Virus record (IMG/VR): IMGVR_UViG_3300040809_000464
Span: 1-64,000 of that record
Direction: 5' to 3' (one strand)
Length of the DNA: 64,000 bases
From: a virus
Within the stretch, counting starts at the first letter, position 1; the number at the start of each line of letters is the position of its first letter. The translations under genes and the position numbers were made by a program. This document shows, in pieces, positions 46,335 through 55,857 of this stretch. Below the pieces are notes generated by a model. It had not been told where the DNA came from. It ran no database searches and saw nothing but the letters and a program-made list of their open reading frames with translations.

Positions 46335-46684
46335 CAGTATTTTCATTACCTGTATCAGATTATGCAGACAATACCCAAACGATTGTTTTGGATGGTGTAT
46401 CCTACAGTATGAGATTACAGTGGAACACAAGAGATGAGTCTTGGCAGTGTTTCTTAGGTGCTACTGGAAGGGAGTTTAAGTGTAAGTTTAAAGTGGTTGT
46501 TGGTTTTGATTTACTAAAACCTTTTAAAGCTTATGACGAGACACCAAACGGTAAGCTTTTCGTGTGGGACAATGAGCGGTATTTTGGTAGAGTTGGGAGA
46601 GATAACTTCGGTATTGATAAGCGCTTTGAGTTCTTTTACGAAACAGAAGATGGTACAGTAGCAGACCAACTCTTAGGAGAGTAA
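46331..46684 (+). CDS. Baseplate protein (plug-like)
   Basis: Q.I.LDG..Y...L.WN.R...W pattern. Confidence 0.7.
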   Translation: MTVFSLPVSDYADNTQTIVLDGVSYSMRLQWNTRDESWQCFLGATGREFKCKFKVVVGFDLLKPFKAYDETPNGKLFVWDNERYFGRVGRDNFGIDKRFEFFYETEDGTVADQLLGE

Positions 46685-46685
46685 T

Positions 46686-47612
46686 ATGTACAAGTATGAA
46701 CTTATTATAGGTGTTCCTTTAGAGATTGATAATCAGAATATAGATCAGCTAGCTACAGTTACTAATGAGTTCACTCTTACAAATAACCAGATAACGTTTG
46801 ACATCAAGAAGAACAATGCAGCAGCTAGCAACTCTGGAAGTATAATAATAGTTAATGCTCCTCGTGAACTAGCTAACTTACTTACTGAACAACAAGGTCA
46901 ACGTTCTATTATAGAATTCAAAGCTGGCTTCACAACAGATCCAGAGCTACCTGAGATATTCAGAGGAGTGGTTGAGAACGCTACAGAAGACAAGCAAGGT
47001 GTGGATTATCGTCTGACCTTAAAGTTATCTGATGGCGGTTCAAACAAGAGAGAGTTTGTATCTAAAAGAGCATACCCTACAGGTACTTCTATAGATGTCG
47101 TCTTAAGAGATTTAATAGGTGATGCTGGTTTGGCTAGGGGACCTATATATGAGATACGTGAAGAGTTGAAAGCACCCTTATCTGTCTCTGGGAATACATA
47201 CACGAACATAGTTAAGATAGCTGAGAAGTATGGTATGAACTTTTCTACTCAGAGTGGTACAGCTTATTTGATACCCGGTAATGCAGCTACGGAAGCACAA
47301 GTAGTTAGAATCAATGCAGATACAGGTATGGTTGGGAGTCCCTCTTTAGGAAGTAACCCAGCTAATCTATCTGGTGATGGTACGACACCAAAGCAAGGCA
47401 TAGTTGTAACGAGTATCTTAAATGGTAATATCATCCCAGAGAACTTTGTAGAAGTAGCTTCTGAGAATGTGAACGGTTTATATAAAGTAGAAGAAGTACA
47501 TCACAGCGGTAACTATGAAGGTTCTGTATGGTTTAGTAAGGTGACATGTAAACCTACTGATTACACTATTCAGAATTATGTAGTAGAAGTGCCTTATAGA
47601 GTTGGAGGTTAA
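46686..47612 (+). CDS. Baseplate hub protein
   Basis: AG......IFRG.V, TGMVGSP, G.YKV..V.H.G......W. Confidence 0.8.
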   Translation: MYKYELIIGVPLEIDNQNIDQLATVTNEFTLTNNQITFDIKKNNAAASNSGSIIIVNAPRELANLLTEQQGQRSIIEFKAGFTTDPELPEIFRGVVENATEDKQGVDYRLTLKLSDGGSNKREFVSKRAYPTGTSIDVVLRDLIGDAGLARGPIYEIREELKAPLSVSGNTYTNIVKIAEKYGMNFSTQSGTAYLIPGNAATEAQVVRINADTGMVGSPSLGSNPANLSGDGTTPKQGIVVTSILNGNIIPENFVEVASENVNGLYKVEEVHHSGNYEGSVWFSKVTCKPTDYTIQNYVVEVPYRVGG

Positions 47613-48522
47613 TATGAGTAATGTGAATGATGAGGTTCAAGCTCTTAGTAACTTCATAGACTCAAAGCATAATGATCTATTTACACAGATACCAGCTAAA
47701 GTAACTGATGTAAGTATGGTAACAGAAGGTAAGCCTTTTATTAATGCTGAACCTCTTATCAATACTAAGCGTTCTGATGGTACATATTATGAATTAGCAG
47801 AGGTATTGGAAGTCCCTTTGATGGTATACTCTGCTAACAACGGTAAAGCTAAGTTCACTCTCCCTATTAAGGTTGGTGATAATGTATTACTAATCTATTC
47901 TATGAGGGATACAGAAGATTATCTAACCAAGGATAGAACTGCCGTAGCTAATGCTGAATATCTACAAGTCTTAGGTGAGTACCCTATCATGGCTATCCCA
48001 GCAGGGTACACTCAAAGTAATTATGTAGAGGTAGATCCTGATAATATTCTCATTGAGAATGATATTCTTAAAGTGGTTATGAAACCTGATGGGGAAATGA
48101 CTACAGATAATGATGTTACAAATATTACACATCAAGCAGATGGTACTTCAACGTATTCAAATGATAAGGTCAACGTAGAGTATAACAATGATGGTACAGT
48201 AACTATTACGAATGGTACTGCTACAGTAACTCTTGAATCGGGTGGTAATATAGTAGCTAACACTTCTGGTAATATTACAGCTACAGCAGGTGGTAATGCA
48301 GATGTAACAGCTTCAGCAATCACTCTTAACGGTCCAGTAACTATCAATGGTACACTCAATGTAACAGGTGCTACAACAGCGGCAGCTATTACAGGGGCAG
48401 CTATATTAGGTACAAGTGTTGCTACTACTGGTGGTGTTAACTTGGATAGCTTCAAGTCTGATTACGATACGCATACACATATTTCTAATGGTTCTGGTAA
48501 TGAAACTGACCCTCCTTCTTAA
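47602..48522 (+). CDS. Baseplate central spike (gpV / Gp138-like)
   Basis: P+KVGD.V motif, beta-repeat C-terminus, terminal HTH (HxH metal site); real start probably ATG 47614. Confidence 0.85.
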   Translation: MEVNMSNVNDEVQALSNFIDSKHNDLFTQIPAKVTDVSMVTEGKPFINAEPLINTKRSDGTYYELAEVLEVPLMVYSANNGKAKFTLPIKVGDNVLLIYSMRDTEDYLTKDRTAVANAEYLQVLGEYPIMAIPAGYTQSNYVEVDPDNILIENDILKVVMKPDGEMTTDNDVTNITHQADGTSTYSNDKVNVEYNNDGTVTITNGTATVTLESGGNIVANTSGNITATAGGNADVTASAITLNGPVTINGTLNVTGATTAAAITGAAILGTSVATTGGVNLDSFKSDYDTHTHISNGSGNETDPPS

Positions 48523-48543
48523 TATGGTCCTAGGATACTCCTT

Positions 48544-49182
48544 ATGTTCGATTTATATTTAGATCCCTACACTAATGATCTTGTGATAGAGAATGATGAT
48601 TTCAAGACAACCACCACGTTAGCCGAATCACTTAGACAGAGGTTATCTATCACGTTAAAGACTTGGCAAGGTGAATGGTTTCAGGATACCACTTACGGTA
48701 CTCCATATATACAGTCTATATTAGGTAAGCCAAGAACGCAAGAAGAAGTAGATGCTATCTTCTTATCTATCATAGGAGAGTATAACGCTGAGATACTTTC
48801 TGTAAACTCCTTCAATTCCAACTTCGATAGACGTACTAGAAACTTTGATTTAGATTTTGATGTAACAGCATTAGATGGAAGTACCCTATCGTTTGGTACA
48901 CCTTTACCTAGGGATGAAGAGATTTACCCTGACCCTGTAGACACAACTATCACACCAGTATGCCCTGTGAATATCCCTTTCGTAGTAGAGTGTGGTAACT
49001 GGTTAGCTCATGCAGCTATGGATGATTTTAGAGTCCAATCAGGTAACTATTTCACTAGTGATAGTGGTGAGATCCCTAATATACCTTATGGTTATGCTAC
49101 GGAATCTGGAGAACCTTTCACTGAGTCAGGCGAAACTATTATGGAGTCAGGAACGTTTAATGATGTTACACCTGACAGCTAA
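48544..49182 (+). CDS. Baseplate wedge / sheath initiator (gp25-like) with C-terminal extension
   Basis: LRQRL.I.L.TWQGEWF.D...G.PY...ILGK. Confidence 0.8.
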   Translation: MFDLYLDPYTNDLVIENDDFKTTTTLAESLRQRLSITLKTWQGEWFQDTTYGTPYIQSILGKPRTQEEVDAIFLSIIGEYNAEILSVNSFNSNFDRRTRNFDLDFDVTALDGSTLSFGTPLPRDEEIYPDPVDTTITPVCPVNIPFVVECGNWLAHAAMDDFRVQSGNYFTSDSGEIPNIPYGYATESGEPFTESGETIMESGTFNDVTPDS

Positions 49183-49204
49183 TTAATTTAAAGAGATTTA
49201 TGAC

Positions 49205-50737
49205 ATGGCAGAATTTGGTGTAACAGGTTTTGGTTTTGTAAAGAAAACCAGAAACGAGATACTAGAAGATTTAAAAAGTAAAGCTAGAGACGAATATGGT
49301 AACTCTATAAATACTGATAATGATTCTCTGGTAGGGCAAACCTTAGCGATCTATACTGACCAGCTTACGGACTTATGGGAAGGTTTAGAGGGAGTATATA
49401 ATGCTCAAACTATTAATGGTGCAGAGGGTATTTACCTAGATGATGTACTATCTTTACAAGGTATTAATCGTAGAGGCAAGCAGAAAAGTACAGGTCTAGC
49501 ATATCTAACAACAAATGGCTTTACCCCTAACAATACTGATTTAGATAGTGGTACTACTTTCCTAACTAATACTGGTGAGAGGTATCTACCCGTGTTAGAT
49601 ATTATAACAATCACCAACAATGTGATTGGTTCTAGGGTACATACAGATGATGTTATACTTAATGAGGTTTATAGTGTTACGTGTATATCAGAAGTTACAG
49701 GTACTACAGAGAGTATATCAGTAACAGCAACAACGGACGAAGAGAAGTATACTTTAGTAGTTCAAGGTATTTATAACTTCTTGACGGGATGCCATCCTAG
49801 CCTTATCTCTCTTATACAGTTGGAGACGATAGCGGGTAGCCCTACAACGGGTGCTTGTTACCTCGGTTATGATACTAATCTAAATCTGCAAGGGTTATCT
49901 GTCCCTATCCTCTTTGCTAAGACTCCTCAACTAAATCTTTCAGGTTATGAGTCGCTAGGTACACGTATTACACGTATATCTGTAGAAGCAGAGGAAGCGG
50001 GTATCCAGAACGTTACAGCAGGGTCTCTTAACCGTATATCACCTGAACCAATAGGTTTTGATTCTGTTACTAATATTAACAGTATGTCTGAAGGTGCTGG
50101 CGTAGAGACTGATGCAGCATACAGGTTCAGGTATAATCAGATAGTAGATAGTACAAGTGCTGCTACAAGAGATGCTATAGAGGGTGCATTACTTCAAGTT
50201 AACGGTGTAACCAAAGTACGCATTTATGAGAATACTACCCCAGTCGATACCCCTGAAGCGGATTCTTATTCATTCAATAGTGTTGTCCTTGGCGGTATAG
50301 CAGAAGATATCACACAGACTTTATTCGATAAGAAACCTATCAATGTTAAAGCTTCTGGGACTACTTGTGTAACTGTATTATCTAGTCAAAATGATGCTAC
50401 AGTAGTGTGTTACAGCCCAGCAACAGAACAAGATTTATCAGTACGTATTACATATACAACTAAAGCTGGTACAGCCCTAACACAACAAGAGCAACTAGAT
50501 GTAGCTGAGTCTTTAGAGAACTACTCTGCCAACTTAGATATAGGTGATACAGTCTTTATAGGGCAGCTTCAAAGTTACATATACAATGTTTTAGGTTTTG
50601 ATAGGTTGATATTCTTACAAGTAGAACTTAAAGAGGTTAGCCAACCTGATAGCAGTTATGCTAGTAGTGATTACACACCTGATTTTGATGAAGTAGTTGC
50701 TATCAACAATACCAATATTACATATATAAGGCAGTAA
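49205..50737 (+). CDS. Baseplate J-like wedge protein
   Basis: G+T..GF.KK, AEGIYLD, G...ETDA.YR.R, V.GV..V...EN. Confidence 0.9.
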   Translation: MAEFGVTGFGFVKKTRNEILEDLKSKARDEYGNSINTDNDSLVGQTLAIYTDQLTDLWEGLEGVYNAQTINGAEGIYLDDVLSLQGINRRGKQKSTGLAYLTTNGFTPNNTDLDSGTTFLTNTGERYLPVLDIITITNNVIGSRVHTDDVILNEVYSVTCISEVTGTTESISVTATTDEEKYTLVVQGIYNFLTGCHPSLISLIQLETIAGSPTTGACYLGYDTNLNLQGLSVPILFAKTPQLNLSGYESLGTRITRISVEAEEAGIQNVTAGSLNRISPEPIGFDSVTNINSMSEGAGVETDAAYRFRYNQIVDSTSAATRDAIEGALLQVNGVTKVRIYENTTPVDTPEADSYSFNSVVLGGIAEDITQTLFDKKPINVKASGTTCVTVLSSQNDATVVCYSPATEQDLSVRITYTTKAGTALTQQEQLDVAESLENYSANLDIGDTVFIGQLQSYIYNVLGFDRLIFLQVELKEVSQPDSSYASSDYTPDFDEVVAINNTNITYIRQ

Positions 50738-50741
50738 GTAG

Positions 50742-51377
50742 ATGACTGAACCAGTTGAGAAGATACAGCTTGTACCAAACAGAGAAGAACTTGCTCTAGA
50801 ACTTTTACCTTCTCAATACCATGGTAAAGTTAATGTAGAGGGTCTTATAAAGATGTTCTCTGATGAGGTGCAACTTGTAGAGAATACTCTTATAGATTTA
50901 CTTACTCTGAGAACCCTAAATAAAGCTTCTGGTGAGCAACTAGATGAGATTGGTAGGCGATTGAATCTATCAAGGACCAGCCAAAATGATGAAATATTCA
51001 GAACTGCGATAAGAGTTAAAGCTCTAAGTAAGCGTAATGAAGGTACTGAAGAAGATGTAGCTAGGTTATTACAATTAATCAGTGGCGACCCTAATGTATC
51101 ACTCTATAAGTTTGAACCTTATGGTGTAACAGCTACGTATAATACAGCTTGTGTTCCCGAGGATAGAATAGAACAAATATCTGCTATATTCCCTGTAGTG
51201 ACAGATTTATATTTAGAAGAGTTCATTACAGCAAGAGGTTTCGGTTTTAGTTCTATTACAGATCCAAACCCAGATCTTAACACAGTTAATTACGGTCCTT
51301 TCAGTTCCATAGGCTCTCAGCCTGACCCCTTAACTCAAGGTACTTTTGTATCATTAGCATACTCTACCACGACATAA
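50742..51377 (+). CDS. Baseplate wedge protein (DUF2612-like)
   Basis: LPSQY, A.G.QLD.IG....SR...D..FR. Confidence 0.8.
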   Translation: MTEPVEKIQLVPNREELALELLPSQYHGKVNVEGLIKMFSDEVQLVENTLIDLLTLRTLNKASGEQLDEIGRRLNLSRTSQNDEIFRTAIRVKALSKRNEGTEEDVARLLQLISGDPNVSLYKFEPYGVTATYNTACVPEDRIEQISAIFPVVTDLYLEEFITARGFGFSSITDPNPDLNTVNYGPFSSIGSQPDPLTQGTFVSLAYSTTT

Positions 51378-51392
51378 TATTAAGAGAAAACT

Positions 51393-53282
51393 ATGCCTAT
51401 AAATAAACCTAGTGACTTCCCTGTGTGGGCATCTAATGATGTTACATTACCAGTGGCAGGGACAGATAATAAAGTAAAACCTAGAACAATATTGCAAACT
51501 CAGGGTGCAGACTTAGGTAATTTCTTTGCCGCTGAGGAAGCCAACTGGATGTTTGATAACCAGAATCAGTGGGTGCAATACTTTGATCAAGAGATTACAA
51601 ACCTTGACAATCAGAACATAAAAGACTACCCCTCTACAATTGAGATGATAGCAGATACCTTCTTAGAAGAGAATGACTATGTTAGAACATATGGTTATTC
51701 TTCTTTTGGTGATACTGGTGGAGCTATCTATAGAGTACTCACTACTGGCACTGCTGATGGGATGGAGGTTATAGCTCTTTCTAATGGATTGTTTGCACAC
51801 TTCCAATACCTATCTAACGTAGTTAACCCTATGCAGTTTGGAGCTGCTGGTAATGGTACTGCTGATGATACCACTGCCCTACAGAAGATCATAGACCTTC
51901 CAGAAGATAATCCAGCCAACCCTCTCTTCACTAATGGTATTGTAGTAGAGTTGTCTAATAAGAGTTACGCCTGTAGTGTTGTATTTCAGAATAAAACAAC
52001 TATTAGAAATGGTACATTGGTCCAACGTGCTTTAGGTGATAACATATTAGAACATGTAGAGGGCAGTACTAAGAGTACAGGGTGGAAGTTCTTAATAGTA
52101 GAGAATGTAACTTTCGATGGTAATGACTTTGAAGGTACTGATGTAAATACTATTGAGAATGATAACACAGCAGATATCATAAGTGGTAATACAGGATTAT
52201 ATGTAGATATAACAACTGTAGCTGTAGATAATGAATATAACCTATACTTCAAGGGTTGTACTTTTACAAAATTATATAACTCTAATATATGTTACCAGAA
52301 TGCTAAGAGATTCACCACTGAAAAAGGTTTCAATACAATATTTGAAGATTGTATTATAGAGGAGACCACTAATGATGATATCTTTGGTGGACCAGATTAC
52401 ACTAAGAAGTTACAGAATACTTTCATAATTGGTGATCCAGATTTATTTCTTTCTGCTCAACAAGAAGTATTGTTTAAGAATTGTAGGTCAGAAGATATTA
52501 CATTAGGTTACATGTATGATAGAGGCTGTAGATTAATCTTTGACAACTCCTACATTAAAGGCTCGGGTACTTCTGGTGGTCCTAGTTTCTTAACAGGTAA
52601 TGGGTCTGTGTCCTTTCTTAATAAATCGTATCTAGAGCTTACTTTAGATGATGCATTCTTGACAATGGATTCTTACGATCTAGTAGTGGATAATAGTAAA
52701 CTTGTGAATACTGCTACGGGAGAGTTAAAGGTTTGGTCTCAGTTTGGAGGATTCTACACCCCTGCAATGACCTTTATTAGCGGTGGTAACTCTAACCTTG
52801 GACGACTTAGTATCTCTAGGGACTCAAACGGTAATGTTGGAGGAAGACCTGAGGTTAAGGTATCTATAGCAGATTCTTATGCAGATTACTTATTCATAAA
52901 ACCTAGTGACTTGATAGAAGGGACCTCTCCAGACTTCGATACTATAACTATTACAGGTAGTACTCTAGACGATTTCAATATTGTATTAGATAGTGATTAT
53001 AGTAGGTTAACACTTACAGGTAATGTACTTAACAGCTTCACTTCATATACAAACCTAGAGAGTATTGTACTTCCTGATAACACACCCTCAATGATCAGTA
53101 TTACAGGTAATACATGTAATAAGCTATCTGGGGGTTCTGTAACAGCCTTATGTACTGCTGACAGGTCTAATGTAGACACTAATAAATACTTTGCCTTTGG
53201 AGGTAACTGGTTAAACAACTATACGGATCTTCTAAGGTCTACTGATGACAGTACCACCCTCCCTACAGATTATAATTTATAA
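51393..53282 (+). CDS. Tail fibre/tailspike 1 with beta-helix domain
   Basis: KP...P.WA fibre start, GY...GD.GGA.Y, NPMQFGAAGNGTADDT.ALQ pectate-lyase-3 motif. Confidence 0.85.
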   Translation: MPINKPSDFPVWASNDVTLPVAGTDNKVKPRTILQTQGADLGNFFAAEEANWMFDNQNQWVQYFDQEITNLDNQNIKDYPSTIEMIADTFLEENDYVRTYGYSSFGDTGGAIYRVLTTGTADGMEVIALSNGLFAHFQYLSNVVNPMQFGAAGNGTADDTTALQKIIDLPEDNPANPLFTNGIVVELSNKSYACSVVFQNKTTIRNGTLVQRALGDNILEHVEGSTKSTGWKFLIVENVTFDGNDFEGTDVNTIENDNTADIISGNTGLYVDITTVAVDNEYNLYFKGCTFTKLYNSNICYQNAKRFTTEKGFNTIFEDCIIEETTNDDIFGGPDYTKKLQNTFIIGDPDLFLSAQQEVLFKNCRSEDITLGYMYDRGCRLIFDNSYIKGSGTSGGPSFLTGNGSVSFLNKSYLELTLDDAFLTMDSYDLVVDNSKLVNTATGELKVWSQFGGFYTPAMTFISGGNSNLGRLSISRDSNGNVGGRPEVKVSIADSYADYLFIKPSDLIEGTSPDFDTITITGSTLDDFNIVLDSDYSRLTLTGNVLNSFTSYTNLESIVLPDNTPSMISITGNTCNKLSGGSVTALCTADRSNVDTNKYFAFGGNWLNNYTDLLRSTDDSTTLPTDYNL

Positions 53283-53294
53283 GAGAATAATAAC

Positions 53295-55793
53295 ATGGCA
53301 AAGAATTTATTAACGACCTATCCGGGGAAGGTGAATCCATCTACACCACAATACCCTTATGGTGAACCTAAGAATGTTAACGTTAATGGAGATGGTACGG
53401 GTACACCTTTTGAAGCTGAGTTAGTTAAAGATATTGCAGGTTTCCATCAAGCAATCTTAACTGAGGCTGGTATTGTACCTAGTAACATCGCGGATAATGC
53501 TACTAACAGTCAATATCTTGAGGGATTGAAGAGAATTGTTAAACAAGCTAATGTAATTACATCTGATCTTATTTACAACCTTAACAATAATTACAGTACA
53601 GGTGTAGCAATACAAACTACAGGGTTCTCTGTAAACGGTGATGGCGGGGAAGGTTTGTGGTTAAAAACTGCGACAACAGGTACCTCCTCTCAAACACCTG
53701 ATGCATTAGGTTCACCATCACTAACAGATAGTAACGGTAATGTATGGTTGTTAGTATATGGAAATACTATAAAAATTAAATCATTAGGTAATTCTGCTGT
53801 AGCTTGTGAAGGTGTATCCAATATAAAAGTAGATTTACAAGGTCAAACAGTACAAGCATTACTTGCTAGTGTTAACAATCAGTATTTCAATGGCAGTCTT
53901 GTACTTACAGGGGCTAATGCTGATTTTTCTTTACAGAAGAATATCGTAGGTGAGAATGATTATGCTTTAACTAGATCGAGAACTAAAAGCCCTGTATTAA
54001 ACTGGGAGGGTAAGGATGTATTATGGTTAGGTACTTCAATACCAGCTCAAGGAGGTACAAACTCTTACCCTGATATGTTTGCAGATACATTAAACTGTAA
54101 CGTTAGCAACTTAGCCTTTGCAGGTTCCCATGCTCAGTGGGTATCTACAGATGACCCTTTTGCTATAGGTACTATAAAAGCTTTATCCATGACTGAGGCA
54201 GACCGTCAGTGGGGTTTGACAACGTATGGACCTACATCTGCTTATGATGACTCTTTTGACGCGATTACTAAAGCTAGTCAAATGACAGCAGACCATAGAA
54301 TTAAAGCAGAGTTCGCTAAATCAAATAAAGATGTAGTGTTTCTAGATCATAACCACAATGATAGACGTGGGGATGAAGGTGTATTAAACCCTACAAAGAT
54401 AACTGTAACAGGTGTTACTATAGGTACTACCACACAAGTTGAAGTTACGGATGCTTCTAGTCTAACAGTAGGTAACGGTGCTGCTTTAGAGATTGTAGGT
54501 ATTACAAATCTTAACTACGCTGCTGGTAGAATAACATCCATAGTAAGCAACACGGTTACTATAGATTATGACAGTTCTTCTTTTACAGGTACATTTGTAA
54601 GTGGTGATCTGGTAGAGTTGGATAGAGCTACAGTGTATGGTTCTTGGAACTTCTTGATTTACTATATTAAGAATATGTCTGTTATCTATGGTGATGGCGA
54701 TGTTAAGATTATATTAAGTTCTGCACCATCAGAACATACTGATACTAATGTGTATGATCAGTATATCTATAGGATTGGTCGTTACATTAAAAATATAGCG
54801 GATAAGTGGGATTTATCATTCTTTGATGTAGAGTATTTATATGATATTAAGTTTCACGATCATCTTACATATTTCCCTGATGGGGTACATCCAACAACAA
54901 CAGAGTCAAGACAAGCATTAGCAAATCATTGGATCGAGTGGGCTGTAGGTGGAGTTACTAAGCAAGTCAACTCTAAGGATTTCCTACCATCAGCAGGCAC
55001 ACCTTATAAGGATTCAAGAGAAGCTTTATATAGTACCGCTGCTAGTGGTTTTGAAACTCCAGATTTCATATATACAACAGGCACGCAACTTGTTAATGAT
55101 GACTTTAGTGGTGGACTAGGTGATTGGACACTATCAGGTACATCTCCTGTTGTAGTGGGTGCGCCTTGGGTTGGCGGAGGTAGTGCTGTACTTTGTCAAG
55201 GTACTGATGCAACTAACAGCACATTAGATAACTTTAAAGCTTTTGGTGATGATGTAGAGTTTAGTTTTGATTTTCAAATGCCTGTGGTTAGTGGTTTAAT
55301 TGACCAAGGAGACCCATTAGGTACTATTACAATATGCCAATGTAGAGTAGGTGGTGCATATTTACAACTACAACTTATTGCAAGACCTACAAGCCTAAAC
55401 TTTAGAGCTGTTTACTTTGAATCGCCCAATACTGGATTGAATAATCTACCGGGTATTGCATATCCTTTTGAAGTAAATACTAAGTATAATATAAAAGTTA
55501 GACTTACTAAATCTACAAGTGATACAAATCCTAACGGTAAGATCGTTATTGAGATAGATAATGTAATAGTATTCTCAGCTGGTAACCTAGACACATACAA
55601 TCAAAACCCTATTAATGAATTCACATTACAAAGTGCTATGTCTAATGTAGATTCTTTTGATTGTTACTTCGGTAATGTTATTGTTAATCAATTAGATGCT
55701 AATGATTACACTCAAAGGTTTACTGGGAGTTTTACAGCTCAAGGTGGTGAAACTGTAACAGTTGTCAATGGTATTATAACTACTGTCATATAA
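53295..55793 (+). CDS. Tailspike 2 with SGNH esterase and C-terminal lectin-like domain
   Basis: WLGTSI, NLAFAG, HNHND, DGVHP SGNH blocks; N-terminus shared with tailspike 3. Confidence 0.82.
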   Translation: MAKNLLTTYPGKVNPSTPQYPYGEPKNVNVNGDGTGTPFEAELVKDIAGFHQAILTEAGIVPSNIADNATNSQYLEGLKRIVKQANVITSDLIYNLNNNYSTGVAIQTTGFSVNGDGGEGLWLKTATTGTSSQTPDALGSPSLTDSNGNVWLLVYGNTIKIKSLGNSAVACEGVSNIKVDLQGQTVQALLASVNNQYFNGSLVLTGANADFSLQKNIVGENDYALTRSRTKSPVLNWEGKDVLWLGTSIPAQGGTNSYPDMFADTLNCNVSNLAFAGSHAQWVSTDDPFAIGTIKALSMTEADRQWGLTTYGPTSAYDDSFDAITKASQMTADHRIKAEFAKSNKDVVFLDHNHNDRRGDEGVLNPTKITVTGVTIGTTTQVEVTDASSLTVGNGAALEIVGITNLNYAAGRITSIVSNTVTIDYDSSSFTGTFVSGDLVELDRATVYGSWNFLIYYIKNMSVIYGDGDVKIILSSAPSEHTDTNVYDQYIYRIGRYIKNIADKWDLSFFDVEYLYDIKFHDHLTYFPDGVHPTTTESRQALANHWIEWAVGGVTKQVNSKDFLPSAGTPYKDSREALYSTAASGFETPDFIYTTGTQLVNDDFSGGLGDWTLSGTSPVVVGAPWVGGGSAVLCQGTDATNSTLDNFKAFGDDVEFSFDFQMPVVSGLIDQGDPLGTITICQCRVGGAYLQLQLIARPTSLNFRAVYFESPNTGLNNLPGIAYPFEVNTKYNIKVRLTKSTSDTNPNGKIVIEIDNVIVFSAGNLDTYNQNPINEFTLQSAMSNVDSFDCYFGNVIVNQLDANDYTQRFTGSFTAQGGETVTVVNGIITTVI

Positions 55794-55857
55794 CAGAGAT
55801 CATGCAGGGTGTTGTTATAGACTCTGCACATATCAAATACAATAAGAGAATAATAAC